Of a DNA stretch of 64,000 bases, positions 1 through 12,599 are shown one piece after another. The DNA is from Paraspadella gotoi (Eukaryota; Animalia; Chaetognatha). The stretch spans positions 21,622,494 to 21,686,493 of the forward strand of contig CM119263.1 in the NCBI GenBank assembly GCA_051294375.1, written 5' to 3'. The notes under the pieces are model-generated. The model saw nothing but the letters and a program-made list of their open reading frames with translations, was not told where the DNA came from and ran no database searches. How positions within the stretch are numbered: the stretch's first letter is position 1; each line of letters starts with the position of its first letter. Made by a program: the position numbers and the translations under genes.

Positions 1-161
1 GGCGTTCTCGCAAGTATCGTCAATTTAAGTAGCATTGTGTGCCGCAATATTACCTAATATCGCGAAAGAGTTTAAATTAATTGCTTTCGGAGATTGAATC
101 TGTATTTATATACTTTTGTAAATTATTCGAGGGAGAAAACTTAATAATTATTTTTACTTAC

Positions 162-389
162 CGGCGACAGGCGGCCCCACCAGCGCCCCCACCGACCGCG
201 CCGTCAGCGTCCACGCCTGGGCGAAGACGCGGTCCCGCGGTGCGACGACGTCGCAAGTGACGCCGTCGGCGGTGGCGGCGACGCCGGCGAAGCAGACGCC
301 GAAACAAAAGGCGAAGGCGACGAGCGCCGTGTAGGCGGAGGCGAGCGGGTGAAGCTCTGAAGTGAAAAGGAGGAGACGAGGGGTCAGAC
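162..389 (-). CDS. MCT/SLC16-family transporter exon, TM9-TM11 (GLTPRLLLF...SAYTALVAFAFCFG...VGALVGPPVAG); gene continues left of the window
   Basis: GPPxAG motif of SLC16 TM11; TCCAG acceptor (alternative in-frame acceptor gives start at 356), G|GTAAG donor. Confidence 0.9.
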
Positions 390-688
390 CTGGAAGAGAA
401 GAGAGAACGGGGGTGAGGGGGGTAGAAGGGAGAGTGGGTTGGGGGTTGGAAGAGGGTTTGGAGGGGGAGAGGTGGTCGGAAAGGGGGCCGGGAGAGGGAG
501 ATAGAAGGGGTTTTTTTTTCGTTTTTATCTCCGCCCACCTTATATGTTGTTTCTTTAGTTTTTCTGTTACTATTTTGTTTATTGATTTATTTATTTTTAA
601 ATTTGTGTTCAAAAATTTAGGGACGGATGGTGACTGAGTGGGCTTTCTTGTGAGGGGAGAAGCTTGAGTGGTGGAGGAGTAAAAGATC

Positions 689-924
689 GGCACTATTTTC
701 CGAAAGCAACCAAATTTTGTTCCTTAATTCTTTAACTAAATCTTATTCTACAACCTAACTGATATATTTAACCCCAACCCTAGTCGCTAAGCCTAATCAC
801 TAACCCTAATCACTAACCTTATCTCTAACCCTTACCTTTAACCTAATCTTTTAACTTTAATCTTTCACCTTATTTCGAATTTAATATGACAATATAAAAT
901 TTGTGAATTTGGGAAAATATTGCC
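689..924. mobile_element. MITE with GGCA-TATTTTCC-AAA terminal inverted repeats and internal degenerate TAACCC repeats
   Basis: ggcactattttccgaaa at 689 vs reverse complement ggcaatattttcccaaa ending at 924; similar left end at ~25239, 27447 and 29651. Confidence 0.6.
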
Positions 925-1260
925 AAATAGTCCTGGGGGTGGAAGGAGAGGGGAAGCAGAGGGTGAATTGGGGGTGGCGCTGTGTGAAAGAATTCCCTGA
1001 AGAATAATATGTTGCGTGAAAATGATAAATTTCCATCATAAAGATAAAGAAAGAGGAGAGAAAAAAATGCTCCCTCCTTTTTGGCTGTAGTGAATGATGA
1101 ATATATTAATATTTTATTGAATATTAAAAAAAAATTATTTTAAGGCTTAAGTAGCCCTCGACGGCGACCATGGACGCGAAACCAGAGATTTATTTTCGTA
1201 ACCGTCGCCGACTAGCAGAGCGCGTCGCGGGAAGATATTAATAAAGGTTTATGATATGAT

Positions 1261-1320
<60 letters not shown>

Positions 1321-2483
1321 AAGCCGCGTATCACCTCTGCTTCTGTCAGATCTAACGAGAGTCTCTGGCGGTAAATAGTTCAATAAAAACCCATTTTACA
1401 TGTACGTCTAAATTAAAAAAATCTATTCATGTTCGCTACAGTAACATGCACATGTTTCGCGTCCAATTTCGCTCGGGCCAACGTTATAAATTTTTTTTAA
1501 TAGTGACGGCTAAGATAAGCTACATCCGTGTGTATTCCATGCTGTGATATGCCTAAGATCGGGAGGAGGGAGATGTGCCATTGTGTTCGGAGTCTCTAGC
1601 ATCTGTCGACCTTGAGCGTATTTGTCAGTTCAACTTAACTCCGTTACATTGTATGCTTCGAGTTGTCATTGTTAAATTTTTTTTAGATTACAAAATTCAA
1701 CTATAAGAAGCTTAGTTGCGTTCAACTAACAATCGCTTCAGCCGATTTGTAAAGAAATGATTGGAAGACGACCTTCCCCAATAGTTCGCTTTTTAATGTG
1801 AATTAAAAGAATAATTGTGATGGTATTTTTTTGATAAGGAAGTTGCACTTAATCTATCATTTAAAATTTATTTACTCCTCGACTCTTATATAGCAGCGGA
1901 TCAAATAAAATTCGTATTTATAAAATACAATCGAGTGTTGAATAAAATTTAGAAAAATAGTGATGTGATATAACGTGTATGAATCGTTTAAAATCCCTAC
2001 CTCCTATTTTTTTTCGTCGTGCGTGGGGCTTCTGAGCTCAGAATTTGAGTCAAAAGCGACGGAAAATAGCGAAGGGGGACAAGAGATGACTTCAATCTTT
2101 ATCCAGATCTCTATTATTCCATACGAATTCGTAAAAATACGACGACTATGATGACGATGACGACGACAGAGACAAAATGACAACGACGATGCGTAAGAGA
2201 AAATATAATACGAAATAATGATGGAAGTAAGCGCGACACGCAACGCGGAAGTGAAAACTGAATTAAAAAGCACAAACAAGAATAGATATAACCTAAACAA
2301 AGACGACAATCAGCGCCGCGCTCGGGTTTGACAACAACCAAAAAAAGGAAAAGGAAAACAAAAGACTAACGAAATTACGTCTAACTATATTTAGCGAGAG
2401 ACACAAGCGCCGACGCTCGGAGACAAAAACACACAGAGACACACACAAAAAAGAACACAAGATAAAAGAAAGACACCTCGCAC

Positions 2484-2657
2484 CTGTCACGAGGACGGAG
2501 AGCAACAAGGCGTGTTGTAGCAGGTGCACGTTGCGCACGCGGTAGTGACGGTGCACCAGATGCCACACCACGTGCCCGATGAGTGCGCCCACTCCGGCGA
2601 AGGTGCAGAGGAGCGAGCGCTCGATCGGAGTAAGGCGGTGAAGAACATCACGCGAGC
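2484..2657 (-). CDS. MCT/SLC16-family transporter exon, TM8-TM9 (SRDVLHRLTPIERSLLCTFAGVGALIGHVVWHLV...LLLSVLVT)
   Basis: GC-rich hydrophobic frame; CCCAG acceptor, CAG|GTGCG donor, phase 1-1. Confidence 0.8.
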
Positions 2658-2663
2658 CTGGGT

Positions 2664-2759
<96 letters not shown>

Positions 2760-3123
2760 AAAGGGGACGAGAGAAAAAATTTAGGGGAAAAAAATTAAAT
2801 ATAAGGGAGAGAGTAGGTGAAGGCAGAGTCGGGAGGATTAACTGGGATTAACTGGGATTAATGGAAAAATAAAGAGCGAGGGAGAGAGAAATGGAATTAA
2901 GAGGGGAAAGCAAAAAAGGCGGAGGAAAGTTAGAGGGGCGGGCGAAAGGAGCGAGCGAGCGGGGGATGTGGAAGGGAAAGAAAAAGACAGACGGGGTCTG
3001 GAGTGAGAGGCGTTGAAGGAAAAAAATGCGACGATGTAATTACGAGGAAAATTATGTAGTTAAAATCCGAAATGAAGCCAATGAAGTCAATGAAGCTCGA
3101 GATTTTTTTGAAATAGGACTGAC

Positions 3124-3145
3124 TTTGATTACAAATTCGACGAAG
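3124..3145 (-). CDS. Candidate 22-nt micro-exon of the MCT gene (LRRICNQ-S)
   Basis: Needed to repair the phase 0 to phase 1 mismatch between exons 3677-3830 and 2484-2657; CCTAG acceptor and GTCAGT donor; a 13-nt version using GTAATC also fits. Confidence 0.55.
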
Positions 3146-3151
3146 CTAGGA

Positions 3152-3152
3152 T

Positions 3153-3227
<75 letters not shown>

Positions 3228-3400
3228 CGACGACGACGACGAGTGACGACGACAATGTTAATGATGAAAACGAAGACAATGGCCATATTGGGGATGATAG
3301 TGATAATGACGATGTTTATGATGATAATTGATGACGACAATGTTAATAATGATGATGGATAAATGATGAAGATTATGATGATGATGATGATCGATGATGA

Positions 3401-3445
<45 letters not shown>

Positions 3446-3540
3446 ATGATGATGATTATGATAATGATCATTATTTATTATTATTATTATTTTTGATTAT
3501 TATTATTATTATTATTATCATTATTATTATTTATCATCAA
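3152..3540 (+). repeat. Compound (GAT)n/(ATT)n microsatellite
   Basis: Directly visible. Confidence 0.95.
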
Positions 3541-3676
3541 TCGAATTTCAACCGAATTTCTTAAATTTATTCAATACCAAATAATTAACGTTAAAGCGGA
3601 AAAATATTGCTAATAATCGATAAGATTCAAAATTTTTGCTGTGTCAATCAATTTTAGTCCCAACTTAGGGTCTTAC

Positions 3677-3830
3677 CATGAAAATGATGGGAATGTAAAT
3701 GCCGAGCGAAAAGAGCGCCACGACGGACAACCACATCAAAAACAGTTTGTCTTTCAACAAATGAACATCGCAGAAATCTTTGAAACGATGCTTAATTTCT
3801 TCGACGTAAGCGCGACGCTCCGCAAGGAAT
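3677..3830 (-). CDS. MCT/SLC16-family transporter exon, central loop and TM7 (FLAERRAYVEEIKHRFKDFCDVHLLKDKLFLMWLSVVALFSLGIYIPIIFM)
   Basis: Hand translation (not in ORF track) gives the DxxLLKxxxF...GxYxP motif of MCT TM7; TTCAG/GTAAG sites, phase 2-0. Confidence 0.9.
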
Positions 3831-3869
3831 CTGAAACGTAGAGAGGGTGGGGAAGGGAGGGTATTTGAG

Positions 3870-3938
<69 letters not shown>

Positions 3939-4462
3939 TGAGAGAGGTGAAAACAAACAGATATGTAGAATTAGAATTGTAGAGGAAAAAAATGAAAGGA
4001 GAAAAAGGGATCAAAAAAGGTAGAGGAAAAATCAGTGCGACGACGAGTCGAGCACGTTTTGGTGTTCTTCTCATCCAAGTAGCTTCATAGAGAGAGGAAA
4101 TCACTTGAAAAGCGACTTCAAGTGGATACTATTATAGGTCACGTTTTGTGACTGACAAAAACTCATCACTACTTGTCTTTCTTTTACGCCACAACCAAAA
4201 CACTAATTTTTGTATCGTGTATTATTCGCAAATTAACGTAAATAATTTTGTTTAGTCTGTTATTTATTTATTTTATATTTATAATCTACTTTTAAATTGA
4301 ACGCATTGAATTTTTTTCTTTTCCGGAGAATCCGTAATCTGCAATCTGTAATTCGAGATAATCTGAAATAGCGGCGTCGGTGGCTGCAACATCAACTCGG
4401 TCTTCAAGAGTCTCAGGATGCTCGACATCTTTGTGACGACCGTAAACGGAGACAGCAAAATT

Positions 4463-4501
4463 TCAATGGCGAACGATTACGGTGCCAAAGAATTGGTGAT
4501 A
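4463..4501 (-). CDS. Candidate nested small membrane protein, exon 2 (YHQFFGTVIVRH-stop)
   Basis: CTTTTTCCAG acceptor at 4502-4511, phase 0, TGA at 4465-4463. Confidence 0.45.
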   Translation of the reverse strand, partial: YHQFFGTVIVRH

Positions 4502-4612
4502 CTGGAAAAAGGTTTCATGGAATTAAAAAAATAATTATTTATTATTAATTAATTAATTAATTAATTAATTTATTAATTAATTAATTATTTAATTAAAAAT
4601 AATAAATAAATA

Positions 4613-4699
<87 letters not shown>

Positions 4700-4797
4700 A
4701 TATTGGAAATATTGATTGACTGAATGACTATTTAAGTAAATGACTGAATAACTGCTTGATTTTATCATTTGATTTCATTCAATGGATCTATACGTAC

Positions 4798-5004
4798 GAG
4801 CTCCAGGAAGACCCATCGCCATACGAAAAAAAGTCCCACGGCGCCGGTGAGAATTCCGACGCCGACCAAAAAGTCCAGCGCCTCTAGACTCCGCGAGGAG
4901 GCGCCGTTGTTCGTCGCCGCGACGCCGACGTGGCCGAGGACGACGAGAGCGACGACGCAGAGGACGACGACGACGACGACGAAAGCCGTCGATCGCGATT
5001 TCAT
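4798..5004 (-). CDS. Candidate nested small membrane protein, exon 1 (signal-peptide-like segment plus TM helix)
   Basis: ATG at 5004, GC-rich 69-codon frame with two hydrophobic segments, CTC|GTACGT phase-0 donor; not needed for the MCT reading frame. Confidence 0.55.
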
Positions 5005-5329
5005 TGACGAAAAAAATATTGCAAATTTAGAGAAATAAATTAGATGAAGAAGAAAGTTGTCTTTTTGACGGTAATCATCGTTTTTTCGAGGATTGCCGAG
5101 CTGGCAGTACGGATTAGATTCGACTTTATTAACAGGCGATTAAGAAACATATATTTAGGTTTTATCTATGTTTTTTGTATCTATATCAATTGTGAGATCT
5201 CAATTTTCAACAGTATCAAGCATTCGGTTCCAAATATGACTCAGGAGACAGTTGCAGCCAAAATTCCAGCAAACCCTATGGATCTAGTCTAGTATTCGTA
5301 GTTCCATTCCCTCACAAGCAATAGTGATC

Positions 5330-5430
5330 GATCCGGTACCTATTGGTCATGAGCGGATGAATTCAGCCGCCGGGTTACAACTGAAGATTGGGTGAACTTG
5401 TCGCAATGCCCGACTTAAACCTAAAACTGA
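5330..5430. mobile_element. Diverged copy of the 13.6-13.9 kb SINE-like repeat
   Basis: Collinear shared blocks ggtcatgagc / acaactgaa / gggtgaac / aatgcccgact. Confidence 0.45.
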
Positions 5431-6183
5431 TCCTTAAAATCTCCCGATGAATGAAGAACTAATCCTTTTCGTGCCACGTGTACTTCAGTGTTGGCCTCTC
5501 GGACGCGATTCTTCCCGCTCAGCGACGACGTAGATGGCAGATTTCCATGGCAACGATTTATTTTCATTTAGACGCGTTTTTATCGCCAAGTGCTCGTCAT
5601 TTTTTTTTTTTTTTAGCTTCATCGTTATTTATATTTTTTTTGCCAACCCCTTACTCGTTCGATTGCCTGCCAAGAAAAGCAAAAGGTGAAAACTATTTAT
5701 TTATTTTCTTTTTTAAGGGAATTAGCGCCAACTGGATTATTAAATTTATTGCCTCATGTCGACGACGCGATGTTGAAAATGCAAAAAAAGTTAATGGAAT
5801 TAAATTTTATATTTTATTTTATTTTTTATTAAATTTCAAACACGGCTAATTGAATAATTAAGAAAGTTAAATAAATTCGGATACGGATGTAATGAATGAA
5901 ATTTTCTTAGATAATTAAGTAAACAAAAATTTATGAAAAATCCGTTTCGTGACATTATTAATATCTATATCAATAAATATGCATACTTGGTTTTTTTTAA
6001 AAATATAACGTGAGGGAACAGTTTTATTACAATTAAGTTAATTCCATTTTGCTTCAGAGCAAAAAGGCGTATTTATCTTTGAATGACTCATAAATATCGT
6101 GTTCCTTTTCGTTGCAATGAGAGATATTCCAGAGATATATGCATCTATTATACAAATCCGAAATGGATTATTAAGATGAGGAA

Positions 6184-6277
<94 letters not shown>

Positions 6278-6704
6278 AGTGAGAACTTCCAGTTGAATTC
6301 GTTATCGGAAAACGACGACTCTGTCAGCACAAAGAATAAGAAGATCGTCAATCGAAGAGGCATTTGTGAAAAAACCGTGAAGTGAACTCTCTCTCATGCA
6401 AAGACTCAATCGTCATTTCCTAATCACTAAAGTCACATTGGGTCGGCGTCCTCAGATGCAAGCTGTCTAGAGTTTCCCGGATGGAAGTGCAACGAAGGCG
6501 CTCGAGTATGATTGATGACTCGACAATCGAGAATCCGTTGGGTGATGGAATTCTGACGTTGGCTGAATGTGGAATCGGGGAAAAGGATTCGTTGATGAAA
6601 AAATCCGCGCGGAATAATTTTCGAAATCCTAAGGTTTCCGGGGAATAAATCGAAGTCGATCGGAAAAAACGAGTCGAAAGCAATTTTCACCCCGATATCA
6701 GTTG

Positions 6705-6746
<42 letters not shown>

Positions 6747-7526
6747 TTGATAAGGACGTTTGCCAAGTTTGACGTCTGCCACATTTGCCATAGGAATCTT
6801 GAAGGACGACGTCTCTCTTTGTCAGACTCGCGTAAGAGAGTCAGAAATGTAAAGGTCATGTCTCATGTGTTTTCACCGAAAGCTTTGTAAAAATTTCACA
6901 AAAGTCTATCAAAATAATGTTGAAAAATAGTTAATTCGGCGACTTCAGTCATGTTTATTTGTACGTATTTATTTTTTCTTTTTGAAAGAGAATCATGTCA
7001 AAGGAAAGTCAATTCAGCTTCATTTATTATTATTGCTCATTATTTATAGTAATCTGTTCAGTTTTTACCTTTGATTATTTGAAATCTTTTTCCATTTCTC
7101 TCTCTTCCTTCCTCGCCTTTCTTCCCCGAATTTTCGTTCCCCGATGTTGGGGCGACGATGTTTTCACACGGCGTCCTTAATAGCGTGTTTCCCCCGCCGA
7201 CCATTAGGTGGCTCCCTCCGCTTCTCACTCATGGGAACCTATCGGTTTTTTTGGAAGGAAAGACCGAGAAACAGAAGAACAGCTGTAAGGAAAACAGCGG
7301 AAAAAGAAAAGTGAAGGAGCTTAGAGAAAGAGAGAGAAAGAGAGAGAGAGAGAGAGAAGAACGAGAAGAAGAGAGGGGAAGGGAGAGAGAGTGACTCTGA
7401 CTCCAACTTTCCCTCCTTCTTGATTGAATCAAGGATCGACCGGGAAATTTCCCCCGGCGGTCGTTCGATCTCCTTTCTTCATTCAAGGTCGCGAACGCGG
7501 AGAGAGAAATTCACGTTCCGGGGAGA

Positions 7527-7562
<36 letters not shown>

Positions 7563-7570
7563 GAAGAGAG

Positions 7571-7604
<34 letters not shown>

Positions 7605-8145
7605 TCGCATACCATATTCCCCTCGTATGACCCTCGAATTGCTGCGCGTGCGCGAGAAGCTTGTCGTCGACGCCAGAGCCGCGGATTCGGACCTTTGGCC
7701 GCGCGGCGCGTGTCTGCGCGGGGCGGCGCCGAGTGGAATCGCCGAATATATCCTCAGACGTGACATATCCAGCAGCTGCTCCCTGCCGCTCCTCCAGCGC
7801 CTGTCGAACTCTCGCGCTTCACGCTGCCACGCCCCCTTTTTCTTTTTTTTTGTTGCGCCATTTCTCGTTTAAGCGTAGAAAATGTTCCGGTTTGCGCGAC
7901 TTCTGTCAGAGGCCTGTCAGCCATTTTATTTTTATCCAAATGTTGAAATTCGACTCGCACTTTTAGCTTCAAAATCTAACCAAACTTTTTACCTCTTCCC
8001 CCGAACCCCGTTTCTTGCACCATCTAAGCCACCTCAACCACCGTTTTCGCTCCAATCGAGTCTCTGCTCCATAGAAGTTGACCCACTTACAGTTCGCTAC
8101 TTCCTTTTAACGATCGCCGGGAAATTCGTCGCGGTTTGGAGGACA

Positions 8146-8182
<37 letters not shown>

Positions 8183-8550
8183 TTTTATTGTCGGATTCAT
8201 CGTTTTCCCTTCGTCGTCGTCTTTGACGTTGTTCCTGTCGTCGTTTTCGTCATCGTCTTAGTTGTCGTTACATCCAAAGTCATTTTCTTTAAGGTCGCCC
8301 TTTACAATGAGTTCTTACGGTCACCTTCGTCCTGGTTTTCGTCGTCGTCGTCATCGTCGTCGTCATCCTTATTTTGTTTTTCAACAGAAATTGAGCATGT
8401 CTCTTGCATACAAGTAAGCAAGTAAATAAACTATTGTTAAGTAAACGAAAAAACTACAAACAAATTAAATAAATTTAGATTTTAAATAAGCTTCACCACA
8501 CTAAAAAAACATACAAGCATTTAGTATTCTCTGCCCATCCACCAGCTCAC

Positions 8551-8733
8551 CTGCGATAGGACGCGGGCTGGTAGTAGAATTGTCCCAACAGAAAGTTGAC
8601 ACCGGAGATCATGGTGGTCATCTGAAGTCCGCGGAGCCAACCGTGGTAAGTGACCGCCGTTGCCATGGAGATGGAAAAGGCGATCATCCCCAAGTAGCTT
8701 CCCGACCGGGACACGGCTAAGGCAACCTCGTAT
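8551..8733 (-). CDS. MCT/SLC16-family transporter exon, TM5-TM6 (YEVALAVSRSGSYLGMIAFS...YHGWLRGLQ...YYQPASYR)
   Basis: GW motif before TM6; CACAG/GTGAG sites, phase 2-2. Confidence 0.88.
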
Positions 8734-9405
8734 CTGTGGGCGAAATAATCGTATATTTGACGTTTATTAGGTTTAAATGTAAATGTGTCAATATCTCTAC
8801 CATGCGCCTTTTGAAACAAACGTAAATTGTACAAAATTTCAAAGAGCACGACTCGAAAAGAGTCTTAACTTTTTTCGGTTGGTTAAGTAAACTTGATCGG
8901 ACTCATCCAGCGACTGACCTACAATTACTGGCGGATTAAGTGGAGCTAAAAGGCTTCCATTTTATGACTCAGGACCGGGACCTTCAAGCGTTCGTAAAAG
9001 CAACTCGAACGGGCGGCCCTTTGACCGTTATTAAAAAAAAGGCACCCTTACTTTTCTTACTTTCGTTCGTTCCTTCGTTTGCTCCGGAGAAACGAACGAG
9101 ATGAGAAAACAAAGTTGGGGGAACGATTAAGAGAAAAAAAAACAATCGCAAATCGCACGAGTGCTTTTCTCACAACCCCTTCCCGCCCCCCCCCATCTTC
9201 GCCTAATAGAGCGCCGAGACGTCGACGAAAATTGCCGAGAAATCGCCGGGAGATCAAAGGCTGAGGGAGAGAAAGAGGTGAGGCGTGAGTGGGTGAAGGA
9301 GATAAAGGGAGGATGTCAGAGAGGGCGCGGGGAGGTAGAAAAAAAGAAGGGAGGAAGGGATGAAAAAAGTCTTAGGGTCGTTCGCTGAATAGGCTCAATA
9401 AACAG

Positions 9406-9494
<89 letters not shown>

Positions 9495-9793
9495 AGAGGA
9501 TAGAGAGCCATTTCCCCGGATTTTCTTATCAATTATGAAGCTGACCATTTTCCCATTTGGCCGTGATCGCAGTGTTTTGGACTTTGCAGAATTCTTCTTT
9601 CCACTTCTTGAATCACGCGATCTCAGATTACGTACAAGTACCTTTTTTCGCAACACGTCCATGCCTTTTTTTTGCCCGCCCGTACGTTATTAGTTTAGTT
9701 TGTATAGTAAGTTCCCATGGTAATGCTTTGTACGGTGTCCGTACTTTTCTCTCAGCTCTCTCGCGGGAACCAAAAATGAAACCAAAATTATTC

Positions 9794-9884
<91 letters not shown>

Positions 9885-10073
9885 TTGGAGGAGAGAGTAA
9901 TATATATATATATTGAGTGATATAGTATATATATATCGAAATTTAACCATTGGATCTTAATAATTTAAAAAACGCAAGAAAAGAAGTATAATTCGAAAAG
10001 AATAAAAGCAAGTAACGCTAGAGAGAGACAGAGTGACAGATTGACGAGAAGAGTGACAGGGGCGACGGAGAAC

Positions 10074-10143
<70 letters not shown>

Positions 10144-10804
10144 AGAGAGAGCACGTAGGAGAAGAGCAAGAGAGAGAGAGAGAGAGAGAAGTAGATGACA
10201 GGGTGACTGAGGTTAGATTCAGCGCAGAGAGTGAGAGTAGAATGCGGAAGGAAAGGAAATGAGGTCGGGAGGAGCGAAGGCGGAAGGAAAAGTTGTGGCG
10301 GGAAAAAGTTGAATAAATCGGGTCGAAGGTTCTTCTCGTCTCGATCAATCGCTATTGATGGAATTAAGGGAATTGATGCGGAAAAAATGATGGTAAATGA
10401 TGGAAAAATTAAAAAAAAAAACAACTCGGAATGAATATAAAAATAAAACTACTGTAGATTTACAATAGGTTTAATTTATATCTACAGAAATGAATTTTCA
10501 TGTATCATGCCGTAAATAACTAAATATGTAATTACAAGTCGAAGCGCAAATTTCATGGTGTTAATTAATAATTATTATACAAATTATACAATTTAGCTAT
10601 TTCATCCGGTTCGTGAATTTTTGTATATTTTTACAGCAGAAAAAATAGTGCAGCTAGTATGTAGTATGTAAATGTGTTATACTTTAGTCTAGGAGTGGTA
10701 AACAAAAGAGTTTTTCGATTGTGGGAAGAGGGCACAGAGACAAACGAGGACAGATCGAGGGACAGATGGAGAAGTCGAGGTTTTCTTGCGGAAAAAAAAA
10801 AGAG

Positions 10805-10907
10805 AAAAACGAAAGAGACTTTCGTTAAAAACGAAAGAGACTTTAAAAACGAAAGAGACTTTAAAAACGAAAGAAACTTTCGTTAAAAACGAAAGAGACT
10901 TTCGTTA
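10805..10907 (+). repeat. Tandem repeat, 18-22-bp unit aaaacgaaagagacttt(cgtt)
   Basis: Five visible copies. Confidence 0.8.
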
Positions 10908-11070
10908 ATTCCTGCGTTTGGATGAAAGAAGAAAAAAAGTGTCTGACGACGAAAGAGACTGATTAAGCGGAGAAAAATATGAAGCAAAAAAAAAAAAAAA
11001 ACAAAACAAAAACAAACAGAAGCAGATGGGTAAGAATTAAGCGATAGATCTAGACAGATCTAAAAGAGAT

Positions 11071-11157
<87 letters not shown>

Positions 11158-12197
11158 GAGAAAGAAAGAAAGAAAGAAAGAAAAGGAAAAAAAGAGAGAA
11201 AGAAATAGCAATCACTTTGACCGGAAACGATGATGATGATGATAAAGATGATGACGATGATGATGACGAATATAATGATGAAAAGCCGTCTGACTCCAAG
11301 AGAAGATTAAATAATCAAGTTTTCTACCGCAGACGGCAACGACGTGACAGGAGAAAACCGTCAGAGGACGATGACAAACGTCAATGGCAGAAGACGGTGG
11401 CAGTATTTGACATCAGCGGTCGTGAAAAGACGTCGGCAAGAGTGAGTGAGTTAGTTGCAACTCTGATTGACGCTATTGATAAATTTGAGAAATATTGAGA
11501 AATATATAAGTTGAAAGTCTATATATTGTGAAACGAAATATAAACGATAGAGCACCTAGAGACTCTTGATGGCAATCAAGTATTTTCGTCAAAGATTGTT
11601 GTAACTTTTTTTCCTTCATTGAATAATTATTCATCTATTTTTAAGTCGCATGGAATCCATTCTTATCATTATGAAGTTCGATTATATTTTAAAAATTTAA
11701 ACTCAAATTGCAGCTAGTTTTACGACTCATTTTTGAGCGATCGGTCTCTTTCTCTTTTAACAATTTCAGATCTGCGGTAATAAAATTATTCATTGGGTGA
11801 TTGATTAGTTGATTGAATGATTGATTGATATATTATTTTAATGATTCAATAAAAAAACTGTTAAGATTATATTAATATGATAGATTGTGTTAATAAACCA
11901 ATGACTTATCATCATCATTACCGCTAAATTATCGTAGGCCGATCTGTCATTGTTTGCTCAAACAAGTTTTTTCAAAGTGCCCTCTTTCGACGAAAAGCTT
12001 ATGAGGCTTTTTGTTCTCTTCACGTAAAGGACAAAAGGACAAGAGCCTCCAAAATTCATTAAGGAATAAGTAGTTTTTGTCTTTTTACTTTTTTAAAACT
12101 TTTTTTCGCGGATTTTTTAAAAACAATATTAATCAATGCTTGTAAACTGAGCTGTATGCGTCTAGTATCTTTTTTCTTGCTTTTCTCTGTCTGTCTG

Positions 12198-12230
<33 letters not shown>

Positions 12231-12360
12231 ACTTGCTTACTCTCTCTCTCGCTTTTCCTCTATTTCCCGCCCAAGAAAGTGACAAAAAATAGTTGAAGCC
12301 TACACCTTATGCCAAATATTTATATATATATCGCTCGAAGTTCCTTTTTCCTCTCCTTAC

Positions 12361-12490
12361 CTTTTTTGAAAGTAAGCTTCGAGGATGAACGTGGATGGAA
12401 TGTGGCACAGGATGGAACCGGAAGAAACAAAGAAAGAATAAGCGACGAAGGAGTGGGAAATTTTCTCCGCGAAAGAATTGAACAGGAGGC
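12361..12490 (-). CDS. MCT/SLC16-family transporter exon, TM3-TM4 (GLLFNSFAEKISHSFVAYSFFVSSGSILCHIPSTFILEAYFQKR)
   Basis: YFxKR motif of SLC16; CTCAG/GTAAG sites, phase 1-2, bridges the flanking exons exactly. Confidence 0.9.
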
Positions 12491-12537
12491 CTGAGGAAAA
12501 AAAAGGGGAGGTTTTGATAAGAGCTCTCGTTCCCTCT

Positions 12538-12599
<62 letters not shown>

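Noticed and set aside
760-860. Interstitial telomere
   Set aside because: Degenerate TAACCC units lie inside a TIR-bounded MITE, not a clean telomeric array
1501-1648. Possible solo LTR (agtgacgg...ccgttaca ends)
   Set aside because: Very short, no clear TSD, PBS or PPT
4765-5004. Treating this hydrophobic ORF as an MCT exon
   Set aside because: The flanking MCT exons already join in phase 2 with a complete TM6-TM7 topology, and this exon ends in phase 0
10805-10907. CRISPR-like array (also 22609-22890 and 34584-34675)
   Set aside because: Head-to-tail repeats without unique spacers, no cas genes, eukaryotic context
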